Source of the DNA: Hyphochytrium catenoides | Lineage: Eukaryota > Protista > Hyphochytriomycota | NCBI GenBank assembly: GCA_900088475.1 | Contig: FLMG01004216.1 | Location: 1 to 48,094, forward strand | Length of the DNA stretch: 48,094 nucleotides | Direction of reading: 5' to 3' | Shown here: piece by piece, positions 33,701 to 44,755 of the stretch | Layout of the letters: each line of letters begins with the position of its first letter | Numbering within the stretch: position 1 is the first letter of the stretch | The notes under the pieces: generated by a model | The model's database searches: none | Seen by the model: the letters and a program-made list of their open reading frames with translations, nothing else | What the model was told of the DNA's origin: nothing | Program-made: the position numbers and the translations under genes

Positions 33701-36700
33701 TAGAAGGATGGCAGGAGAGTCAAAGAGTCAGGAGGCACGAAAGAAGGCGTAAGGCGAAAGGGACATGAGATCATATTCGTACACAGCCAGGAAGGGACGC
33801 AGAAGAGCAGAGACGGAACAGTGAAACGAGAAGACAGAACGAGCGGGAAAGGAAGAGAGAGACTATGAGTGATCCCTCAGAGTATTGAGCAAGCTCTGAA
33901 GATGAGACAACCTTCTGGTTGTGAACCGCCTCTCCCAGCTTCCAGCCTTCTACTCCTATCTTCCGCGACTGTTGGTCAAGGAAGAAGAGGAAAAAGTGGG
34001 AGAGAAGATGGTAAGAGACTCTGCTTTCTCTTCTCGCCGCCACGACTTCTCTTTAGTTTGATCATTTTGGTTCTAACCTTGGTTAGCATCTTCGTTCCTT
34101 AACCTTTCTCCGACCATAGTTTGCTGTCTTTTGCGTTCTCTCTACCTTTCTTCTCTCTAGTTCCTCTTCTTCTCTCTCTCATTCTCTTCTCCTTTTCGCT
34201 TTCTCTTTCTAAAGACTGTGGTCACCTGTCTAAAGGCACCCAGGACTGGCTTGGCAGCGTGTTTGATCAGCTCAAGCTTGCTTCCTGCTTCTATCAGCTG
34301 ACGGTTCGAACGAAAGGGTAGCGGCTCATCACCGCTAAGCTGTACACGAAGGAGCGGTAAATAAAGGAAAAGAAGGTAGAAACAAGGAAAGGTGACGACC
34401 CACGCACTCAAACAAAGAGAGAGAAAGAGAGAGAGAGAGAGATCGAGGGCGAGAGGGAGAGAGACAACAGAGAGAGGAGGACACACCTCCATATCCTTTA
34501 AGGAAGCAAAGCAACGGGAGGGAGGGAGTGTGTGAAGAAAGAAGACAGGGGAAAGAGAGAAGAGAAGCCGCAGGACCTTATTCCTTGCTATTCCCTCGTC
34601 TGGAACTGTGGGCAGCGCTCTCCCTACAATCATGGGAAGGAATGTCTCTCTCTGCTCCGCCTGTCCAACCTCCGCCTCGAGCTTGTGCACCTCTTCCCTA
34701 AGCGTCTCTATCTCTTCCCCCAGCTCCTCCACCACCTTTCGACTTTTGCCAAGGTTTGCCATTGTCTGGGCATTGAGTGGAAATTGAAGGAAAGAGAGGG
34801 ACGCGGAAAGAATGAGAGAGTGGGTTTGAAGCATTGTAGGGGAAGACAGGAAATAGGGGATAGATAGATAGATAGAAAAGGAACGAGAGAGAGAAGAGAG
34901 AGAGTGTGCGGAGAGAGAGAGAGAGAGAGAGAGAGTTAGTGAAGCTTACTCCATTCGCCGTCCAACAATCTCTAAATCTGTCTCCTTCTCCCTTAAGCCC
35001 ACAGCTATCTTCTCTCTCTGCTCCTACCTCCTTACTGTCACTCTATTCTCTCTATTCTCTTCCCTCCCTCTCTTTCTTCTTCCCATTTCCTTTTCCCGCA
35101 TGTGTCTCTCTCCCCACCACTAAGGCGGTGTCTCTTCCAATATTTGCTCTGTTGTCTCACTCTTTCTAGATTCTTCTTGGTGATCTCGAGCTGCCTGGCT
35201 AGTCCTTTCCTCCTGTGCTTCCTATTATGGCTGGCAATGTGCTCTGCCTGTGTACCATCACGGCGCGGGGGACCAGCCTAGATACCGATTTGACACGAAT
35301 ATTAGTTAAAGAGGGAGAGAGAAAGTGAAGAGAGAGAGAGAAAGAAGAGAGAAAGAGCAAAGAGCGAACAGGCAAGAAGAACGAGAGAGAGAACAGTTGG
35401 AAAGGGAGGGATAGAGACAGGCACAGAGGGAGCTATATGCGATAGTGCTTAGCAGCAGGAACCCCTTCTACCGAAAAATAGGAACGTTCTCTTTCTCTCT
35501 CTCTCTCCCTCTCTCTCTGTCTTTTCTTTTTTCCTCATTTTTAGCCTGGCCACAGGCTTCTTACCAGTAGCTGCTGGAGGGCTTCCTCTTCTTTGTCTAG
35601 TGCATCAATCTCGGTAGTCAGGCGCTGGATCTTCTTCAGGTGCTCCAGTCGAGCAGTCTGAAGAGAAAAGAGTCAGTGTATCTCCCTCCTCATTCCAGCC
35701 TCTCTCCTCTTTGATGCCTTCATCTCTTCCGTACAAGAGTCACTCCCCCCAAACTCGGCCGTTCCTGTCAGTTGATGTCTCTTGCTCTGATTCAGGCGCT
35801 TCTTTCTCCTTCTCTTTTATTCTCTCTCTCTCTCTCTCTCTCTCTCTGCTCTTCTCTTCCTCTTCCTTCTCTCTGTCTTCTCTTCCTCGTCCCTCTCTCG
35901 TGACTTATTGTCCTTTCGCCCGCTGCCTATAGAGACCTTTGTCACCCGTTCCTCTATCTCCTCTTCTGTGTGTGTGTCTCTCTCTCTACTCTACTCCTCT
36001 GAGGCCCTGATTGCCCCTCTTATCTTCTATTTACCTTCAGTCCCTGAAGCGTATTTTCTGTGTCTCTCTTGCGATCTTCTCTCTCTTGCAGCTTGGACGC
36101 TCTGTCCTGCAGGTTGGTGACGGCGAGCTCGTGCTCAAACTGATAAGGGAGAGAGAGAGATCCGCCCACCACGGCTGTATGCTCTGCCAGGGAGGAGAGA
36201 GATATAGGCCGACGCGTCTCGGTTAGCAAAGGCAGAGAGAAAACTAAAGAGCAGATGAACTAGGGGCAACGGAAAAAAGGACGGAAATGAGAGAGAGAAA
36301 GAGAGGAAAAGTGAGAAGAGAGAGAGAAAGAGAGAGAAAGAGAAAGAGAAGAGAAAGAGAGAGAAGCACAGAGAGAGAAAGAGAAACAGAGAGAGAGAAA
36401 GAGAGAGAGGGAGAAAGAGAGAGAAGAGAAAGAGAGAAAAGCAAGGGAGGAAGAAGGGACTCACTAGCAAGACCATCACCTTCTTCGCTCTCCGGTCTGT
36501 CTAGTGGTACACTGAAGATTCCTGGTAACCCTGGGGCGATGGAAGGCTCTTCATACTGCTCTCTCTCTCTTCTCTTCAGTAGCTCTTGCTCCTCCTTCCC
36601 CTGATCAGGCCAAATCTATAACCCAAGGACAGGAGGAAATGAGTTCTTTTTATTGGCTGCTCTCTCTCTCTCCCTCTCTCTCTCTTTTTTCTGTCTCTCT

Positions 36701-38857
36701 GGGGTATATCTCTTTCTCCTCCCTGTTCCCTCTTTTTCTCTATTGGTTCTGTCTCTCGTCGGTCACTCACCTCATTGCGTCGTTCCTCGATCGCTTTCTC
36801 TCTCTCTGCCTCATGTGCAGCTACTTCCGTCTTCCTCTCTTCCTGTTTCTTGCTCCAGTAGCTCGCATTCAGAGCTCGCCGTCTCTCCTCCTTCTGTGCG
36901 GCTTGGAGCAGGCTCTCCTGGACCATTCTCTCTTCTTCTCTCTTCTGTTCTTCTTTTAGCCGCTGTGAGGATACGGACAAAATATCTGTCAAACTCTCTC
37001 CCGTTCTCGTGCTTTAACTCTCTGTCTCTTTTCTTAATGGTCAGGAGCTTTGTGCGCCGTCCCGGATTTCTTTCTTTGCGCTTCCTTCTCTCTCTCTCTC
37101 CTTCCCTCCTCTTTGTCCATGGTAGCTTGGCAAAGATATAATATTTGCTGCATACCTCTCTCTCTCTCTCTCTTTCTCTCCTCTCTCTCTCCCTCTCCCT
37201 CTCTCTCTCTCTCTCTTCCTCTCTCTCTCTCTCCCGCTATCTCTCTCTCTTCCTCTCTCTCTCTCTCTCGCGCGCGCGCTCTTCCTCTTGCTCTCGCTGC
37301 CCTCCTCCTCTCTCTCTCATTTTCTTCCTTTCCTTATACTTCAAGGCTATCTCTCCTCAGTGCCACGAACTCCTACCTTCATCAATTGCTCCATCTCTCC
37401 TTCCTTCACTGGAGCCATGGCCAATCTTTCCCTTAGTCTCTTCCTTTCTAACTCCGTGGCTTCCACTCTCTCTCGCACGCCACTCGCCAACTCTTCCTCT
37501 CTCTCTTCCTTTCTGATATACTGCTCATAGACTTCCTTCTTGCGCTTGGCCATCTGAAAGAGAGAGGAAGGGTATCCACATCGGGAAGTGCGAAAAGAGA
37601 GAGAGAAAGAGAAAGAGAGAGTGAGACAGAAAGAGAGACAGAGAGAGAAAGTATCTTAGCGCGAGATAATTCCACCAAAAGCCCTGAACTGGGGCGAGAG
37701 TCATGACTGGCAAATAGCTTGGTATCTCTGAAGAGAGAGAAAGAGAAAAGAGAGAGGAGCGCAAAAGATAGAATGGACTGCGAAGCTCAAGGCGAGGACA
37801 GAGAGAGAAAGAGAGTTCATGACTAAACCTAAAAATGACACGAGAGAGAGAGGGACAGGGAGAGAGAGAGCGACAGGGATAGAGAGCGAGAGCGACAGAG
37901 GGAGAGAGAGAGAGCGACAGAGGGAGAGAAGAGAGAGAGAGACACAGAGAGAGAGAGAGAAACACACAGAGAGAGAGAGAGAGAGAAAGAAATGTCTCCA
38001 CGAACCTGTTCGGCTTCCATTTCCATGGTTGCAATCCGCTNNNNNNNNNNNNNNNNNNNNNNNNNNNNNNNNNNNNAGAGAGAGAGAGAGAGAGAAAGAG
38101 AGAGAAAGAGGGTGAGTGGTGGAAAACGAAAAGACTTGATGCAAGAGAGGGAGAGAGAGAGAGAGAGAGAGGAAAGCAAAAACTTTCACCCCGCGAGTGA
38201 AGAGAACTACTTTCAAAGAAGCTAGTGCGAGTGACAACAAAAGAGAAATGCAAAGAGGAAGAATGCTCATAGCCCTAAAGAGCTCTTAGTTCCGGTCCAT
38301 CGTTCTCTCTTTATCTTTCTTTATCTTCTTTGTGTCTTTCCTTTTTTCATCACGTGTCTCTCTCGTTCTGAAGCAGAGTTCGTTCTTCTCTCTTCCCTCT
38401 CCCCAACACGCCGTCCTTGCCTGGTCGATAATTTCTCTCTTTCTCTCTCTCTCCTCCTTTCCTAAATCTTTCCCTACCTGTGTCGCAATGAACTTCCGCA
38501 TCTTCTCTGCTTTCTCTCTCGCATCTACGAGACGAGTGGCGAGTGTCTTTGTCTCCTTTAACTTTTGCATCTTCTCTTCAAAGGAAATGTCAGGAGGAGC
38601 TTGCTTCTTCTTATATTCCACCTTCTCTCCTGCATCCTCCTTGTCCCAGATTTCTACCGCAGGGGGAGAGAGAGACAGAGAGATGGAGCAGAGAAAAGAG
38701 AGTAAGAGAGAGAGAGGGAGAGACTACATGGGCAGTTCCGGGAACGGTAACAGAGCAGAAGAGATAAGACGCGGAGCTTCGTTAAGACGAAGGAAACAAA
38801 CGCAAGCAGCAGAACAGTGCAGAAGAGAACACTAGAGGAAGGAGAGAAATCGGGGCG

Positions 38858-38903
<46 letters not shown>

Positions 38904-39301
38904 AAGAGAGAAGAAAGAGAGGGGAGAGAGCGATAAAGGACTAGGACAGCGAGAAGGAGGGAACAGGAATGGACGAAGGATTTGGGTTGAGAGAGACGAA
39001 GACAAAAAGAGAGAGAAGGGCCATGCGCACCCATCATTTCCTTTAACGTGAAGTCTTCCTCGGGCAGCCCGCGCTTGATCCATTCTTTCTTGGCTTTCTC
39101 ATGGAACTCAGCCCTCTCTCTCTCTTCCTCCTTCCGCAGCTCCTCTGCCACATCCTCGTCGACCTCTTCTTCCTCAGCATCTTCCTCTCCCTCGTAGCCT
39201 TCGTCTCCTTCCCCGCCATTCTCCTCCTTCTCTTCTTCTTCTTCTTCCTCTTCTTCATCCTTTTTCTTGGTCTTTTTCACTTTCTTCCTCTTTCTTGCCA
39301 T
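21272..39301 (-). CDS. Very large multi-exon E/K/R-rich coiled-coil protein of unknown function with small beta-barrel-like and zinc-binding modules and a C-terminal CHORD-like domain
   Basis: A chain of GT-AG exons runs from MARKRKKVKK... (ATG 39301) to ...KDYARVMKK* (21272). Many junctions were checked in frame (e.g. 27595/27113 and the last three exons), but not all, and one exon runs into the gap at 38041-38076. It could be more than one gene. Confidence 0.7.
21494..22080 (-). other. CHORD-like zinc-binding domain spread over three exons, with an inserted C-x3-C-x11-C-x2-H knuckle
   Basis: Spliced: CRHCKAKYSEVSNHGEACPYHPGDFLISCPRTCSARASGTILPQCMAHRVWRWICCDSTEQGLHGSSGCRRRFH. Confidence 0.65.
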
Positions 39302-39735
39302 GTTTTCTCTCCCTGCGGCCTGCTAGGGCCCGGCGCCTAGTGCAGGACCATCAACCTGAGACTTGGTGCCTACTGTTGAGGACTCTCTCATCCTTCTTCC
39401 TCTCTTTCAATGTTCTCTCTCGCTTCTCTCTCTCCCTCTTGCTTTTTGATCGTCTTATCGTGGAGGAGGAGGAGAGAATGGAGAAGAGAAGTGAAAGAAA
39501 GAGAGCGCGCGGTCCGTTGAGCCTCTTTGAAGGGTGAGCCCGGACCGTGAAAGAGGGAAAAGAGAGAGCTTGTGGAGGTCGATATGAGAAAGAAAGAAAG
39601 AGAAACGAGGGGAGGAGAGAAGCGGAGGAGGAATAACAGGCAAGGGATGCGGCCGAGAGGAGAGAGAGGAGAGAGCGAGGAGACAGAGCGAGAGAGAGAG
39701 CGAGAGAGAGCGAGAGAGAGCGAGAGAGAGAGAGA

Positions 39736-39784
<49 letters not shown>

Positions 39785-39830
39785 CACGGAGGAGAGAAGA
39801 GAAAGGGAAAAGTGTCTTTTCGCAGTTTTG
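22700..39830. repeat. Dense (AG)n/(CT)n microsatellite and low-complexity tracts in the introns and upstream region of the large gene; similar tracts at 1-260, 3640-4170 and 45820-47830
   Basis: Directly visible runs, e.g. 28536-28590, 37155-37270, 38862-38900, 39690-39785. Confidence 0.95.
38041..38076. other. Assembly gap (N run) covering an acceptor region of the large gene
   Basis: N run adjacent to (GA)n. Confidence 0.99.
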
Positions 39831-40632
39831 CCACCAAAGAGAAAAGTGCTCTACAGCCGGTAACGGCTATCGTCCCTCAGCCACAAGCGCTATCATTTTG
39901 CGTTGTAGCCTTTAACTGAAGGAAAAGCCTTGTGATGAGGCCAGTAAAAAGATAAGAGGTAAGTTAGCGGAGCAGCAACAGGACTGTCTTACAGTGCGAT
40001 GCGAAGAGTTCTGTGGGAGCCGCGATGTGGCCTCAGAACCTTCATCCACCTTGACCGCAGAAAGGGTCCGGCCTCAATGGCAAAAGTTGTTGTTGTATGT
40101 CAAGAGGCTATCATTCGGTCGTCAAAGAATTCTCTCCCTTTTGAGTCCTCTAAGAAAACAACCAGACCTCTGACGAGAGGCAGCAATAGTCCTATTAAAC
40201 TGATAATTTGAGCACAGAAAGTGGTTATGCCCCGGACAGACTTTAGGGAAAAAAGACGCCGGAGCCAGGGGTCGAGTGACTGACAAGCGATGGGAAACGC
40301 TAGAACTGCTATATTAAAAGCTTAGAAGAAACGCGAGTCAGTACACTAGATAGCGTCTGGGCCGATAGCATAGCCTAGCCAGTTTATAAAGCTCTGATCC
40401 TAGAAGTATATAGAAGATCTGTAGAAGCTAGTCCTATGTAGAGGCAAGCCCACCGGTTCAAGAGGCACTTTACCGGCAAACTCTGTTCATGGACCCTACG
40501 CGCTCTATAAGCTGTCACTCCCTCCGTCATTTGCGCTGCCTAGAGACTCCTACGTAGCTTCCCCAGTCGCAATTACCGTGGTGCTTGTGATTTCTAAACA
40601 TTCATGCTGATTTGAGGCTTGACTTGGTGTTC

Positions 40633-40980
40633 TTAATGCGCGTGTCTTGCAGTTGTCTCAACAACGGACGCAGGAGCAGGGAAGAGATGGCTAATGATGG
40701 CTTGTCTCCTTACAAGTTCCAAGCCATCTAGACCTTCCTGGTATGCACTCGCCCGCTGCTCCTCACTAGCTTGCCGGTGTGTTCTAAAGCCATACTGAAT
40801 CCGCCTTTTGGCGAACATGCGCACATTGTAGTCCTTAAGAAGTGGGAAAGTTTGACATGTTTATCTTTTGATCCCTTCAGTCTTGAAACCGATAAAGAGC
40901 CCGCGACTTACCTCAAACTTTCTAGACGCGCGTAGTAGCTGGCGATAGAGATGTAAGACTTGTGGTCTGGTTGGCGTCAT
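40633..40980 (-). CDS. LYRM4: ISD11/LYRM4, LYR-motif partner of the mitochondrial cysteine desulfurase; 2 exons, 89 aa
   Basis: Exons 40980-40912 and 40833-40633: MTPTRPQVLHLYRQLLRASRKFE|DYNVRMFAKRRIQYGFR...GLELVRRQAIISHLFPAPASVVE. It has the LYR motif, the F-x-D-Y-N-x-R segment and the RQ..IS.L...VVE tail. Confidence 0.92.
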
Positions 40981-41742
40981 CCTGACCCCGGAAAGCTCCC
41001 TGAGCACAGAAAGCTCAGTACCTAACATTACAAGGTGGAGCTTTCCACCCTTACCTCCTTGGACAGACTCTTCTCTCCCGCAAGGTAATCAATAGCCTTC
41101 TTTGAACCTTGGTGGCTATCCTCGAGCGACACGCTGTCACCTTATCACAATGACCTCGTCTAGGAAGCGGGCACTCTTCGGGTGGCTCAATAAATCAATG
41201 CAGAAGCTCTGCGAAGCTGGGATTCTGATGATCTCCACATCTCCGTCACACTTTCTGAAGCGTGGGGACAACCGATGTTATACAAGTCGAACGAACATTG
41301 GCTTGTGCTGTGTTACACTATTGATACGTCCCATACATACTACCGTGTACAATACAGTCCTAGGTCCATGTAGACAAGGTGCTGGAATAAAGTAGTAACC
41401 AAAGAATTCCAAGTTTGTTTGATATTGATTACTGATTCAAAGACTGGTTACTAGATCATGTGCGCCAGCCAGGCTGACACGAAGCTGGCGATCCAAGGCC
41501 CGAAAAGTTCTGAAGACGCAGATCTTGTCCGACAGCACCACTGATGCAGAGCTCGAACCGCGCTCCTCTGCTGCTAGAAGGGAGAGAAGGGTTGCGCTCC
41601 TGGCCGGCCGGCAGATGGTGGTGCATCCTGCCGTCATTGACTTTGCTGCACGCAAATCGTGCTATCAATAGATAAGACGAATAAGGGTTAATAGGACTAG
41701 AAAGGATTGCAAGGTCTATTAATTGTTTGCTGTTGGGGAGGG

Positions 41743-43837
41743 ATGCCGAATGCAAGGCGGCAACGTAGGCGCTTTGACGATGATGATGACCGGCTTCTAG
41801 TCCCTAACCAGCTCAACCGAGATTATTACGCGATTCTGAATGTCTCCAGACACGTGAGTAACTAGAGAATAGGCCTCGATCGCCGAGTAACGCCACGAGG
41901 CCCAGTCCGTCTTATTCCTTCTGATGCCCCTAGGCAACACTTCAGGATATTCGGAATGCATACTTTAGCTTATCACGGGCACTGCATCCGGATAAGCAGC
42001 CGGGAGGCACTTCTGCCGATGCGCAAGAGCTTCGTGCTGCAGCAAATAGCCAGTTCCATATTGTAGAGAGGGCCTACCGGGTGCTCTCCGATCCTGTGTC
42101 GCGCAAGATGTACGACCAATACGGGGAGGAGGTAACCAACCAAATCAGTCACTTTCTCCTCTCTCGTGACTCCCGGACATCTGACCCTGACTATAGGGCG
42201 TTCACGCCGTAGAAGCACACGAGAATGTTGTCAGAGACCTCGCGGTCATGCCGATGGCTGACGAGAAGGTAACGTTCTAGACTCTCAGAGCTTCGTCGTG
42301 TCCTAACTTTCTAACCTCATGCTAGCTGCAAGAGTACCTTGAAGATGCGATGAGACAAGCAAATCAGCACAGATTGGAAGCGCATCTGCAAGCCAGTGGT
42401 GCCATGAACTGCGAGGTGTCCATTGCCCAATTCCTGGACGACCCTAGGGCGGCATTGGAAGCAGGTGATGCTTTCATCGTATCCAACATTATGATTCAGC
42501 AGAATGTCACCTCCAACTGGTCAAAGAAAGATAAACTCAACATTGGAGGGCACGCTGTGACCAGAAACTCTATGGGGATGGGAAGCTTAGTGCTTTCCAA
42601 TAGCCGACAGTTCTCCGCCCTCTCCGAGGGGAGAATTGTTCTAGATATTGGGAATGCCCTGAAGACTACTTGCGCACTCTCTAGACGGCTCTCCACGCGC
42701 TCACACGGCACTATTGCGGCCATATACGGCATGCAAGGCTTGCAGTTGACCTCGACGGTCTCTAGACAGCTAACGGACAAAATGAACGGGCACTGGACCT
42801 GGACTCCAGGACAGTTTGGCCATATGGAGGTGGGAGTGAGGAGGGAAGGAAGGCACACCACTACCATCTCAGACATTAAATTTTGGCCCTCCAATAAGGG
42901 GCTAGGGGCTTCTCTTGGTGCCTCTCTTGCCCGGGACTGGACAGAGCGGTCACGAGGGAAGATCGCTGTATCTTTAGGCACCAATGGCGCGTCGGTAGAG
43001 CTCAGTGCGGGTAGAACGCTGAGCGCTATCACTAGGATGAATGTAGGTGTGAGTATAGGTACCGAAGGCGTTACGCTGAAGCTGAGGTAAGCTGAAGGGA
43101 ACAACAAAGCCCACAAATGGAGGACTTCTGTTTGCTTACTGAGCATTCTCCCCTCATTTAGATCTCTATGGTGGCTTTTATCTGTCAACTGTGGGTCTTA
43201 CCTTGCCTCTTCGTCTGACCTAAACTCCCTTCTTCTAAATCTTTTGGCCGTTTCCTTGCTTGCTCGTACTTCCTTTGGCTATCACATACCTCTTTCTGAA
43301 TTCTCCCGTTGTTTACGAGCACGATCTGTGCGTTGCCCTTAGGCTGCTAAATCTCTCCGCCGTTCATCCCTTCTTCCTTCCTGTGGCTTGCAGGTATACT
43401 AGGTCTGGCATGCGGTTCATTGCGCCTGTCTTCCTCTGCCCAATCACATCGCCCAAGTGGAAGATAATTGCCACAGGAGCTGTGACTTTGCCCATCATGA
43501 TCGCTGCCGCGGTTAAGCAAATCGTCAAACAGAGCCAGAAGGCAGAGAGACAGAAGTAAGCAAAATGCTTTTGCAGTTTGCTCGCTTTTTTATGCTTCCC
43601 ACTTACTTCAGTTTGAATTATCAGACGAAAGAATGAAGAGCTGTACGCTATCCGCGAGCACCAGAAAGAAGCCCGGAAACATGCGCAACTGCAGCAAAAT
43701 CTCATGGCAAAGATTGCCAAGCAGCAGCGAGACGAAGAGGAAGCCAGGCAAGGTAATATGATCAGGGGAGAAGTAAAGGGTCAGGGGCGTCGGGCGCGGG
43801 TATAACGAGAACCTACATAGACGAATGCGAGGGAGAC

Positions 43838-43877
<40 letters not shown>

Positions 43878-44506
43878 GTCGCGATCGCCTTCTTTTCCAA
43901 GACTGATTAGATCCCTCTTCATTCCAGGCCTCGTGATTCTTAAGGCAAAATACGGACTTGTGAAGCAGGAGCTCAAAGCTAGTCTACTGGGGTCTAAAGA
44001 AGGCGACAGTCAAAGCGCTGGTGCCATTGAGCATCCTCTGGCGTTCGATGTCACTGTACCGCTCCAATTCTTCGTCAAGGTAGAGCATTTAAACTCCTGT
44101 GAGAGGTGCTAGACCATATAATGGTCAACTGATTGTCGGCCCGCCTTCTACTGCTTCTCTAGGGCGGCGTATTGGACCTATTCTCAGGCTCAAAGTCTGA
44201 GCTTCTGGGTTTCTATAACCCTTTGCTTGGAGAGCCATTGCCTCCCCAGGAGAGTCGACCAAAGCTGTAAGTACCCTTTGCGTCTCTCTCTCTTTTCACT
44301 CTTCTCAAACTGGCTGACACTTTAGGCACGAGTCTGCCTGCTCCATCAACGACATCTTACTCTCACTCTCTCCTCTGTGTCTGCCAGGTTCATTCGGTAC
44401 GCTTATAAAGACACAGTTTTTGACTTAGAGGTAGAGGATAAGCAAGCGGTGACCCTTCCGTCACGNNNNNNNNNNNNNNNNNNNNNNNNNNAGGTTGGGC
44501 TTGTAA
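41743..44506 (+). CDS. DNAJC11: DNAJC11-like J-domain protein (J domain, central beta-rich region, C-terminal DUF3395), 9 exons
   Basis: DYYAILNVSRH|ATLQDIRNAY...LHPDK...AYRVLSDPVSRKMYDQYGEE|G; GVTLKLRYTRSGMRFIAPV; GLVILKAKYG; DVTVPLQFFV; SKSELLGFYNP; LFIRYAY. The 3' end is approximate because it is interrupted by the gap at 44466-44491. Confidence 0.9.
44466..44491. other. Assembly gap (N run) in the last DNAJC11 exon
   Basis: N run. Confidence 0.99.
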
Positions 44507-44755
44507 GCTAAATGGCCTGCTCTTTTTGCTATACAAATAAATCATAGTCACCGGCTTTTCTATTTTAAACCTCACATCCCAGGCATTCCTTCCGTTCCCT
44601 CTCCGTTTCCTCTTATCCAGATCTTTTACCTCCTTTGATATGTTTTCCTCCCCATGGGGACACTGGTCCTGCTCAGGACGTTGTCCGCGCAGTGGTGGCG
44701 GCCCTCGTGCCCTTAACACAATCCTTTGATATCTCATAGAGGCGCTTTCTCGAGA

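Noticed and set aside
34490-34500. ATATCCTTT resembling a second U12 donor
   Set aside because: It lies on the + strand inside an intron of a - strand gene, so it is antisense.
22700-39900. Numerous RERERE/SLSLSL ORFs on both strands
   Set aside because: They are translations of intronic (AG)n/(CT)n microsatellites or antisense shadows of real exons.
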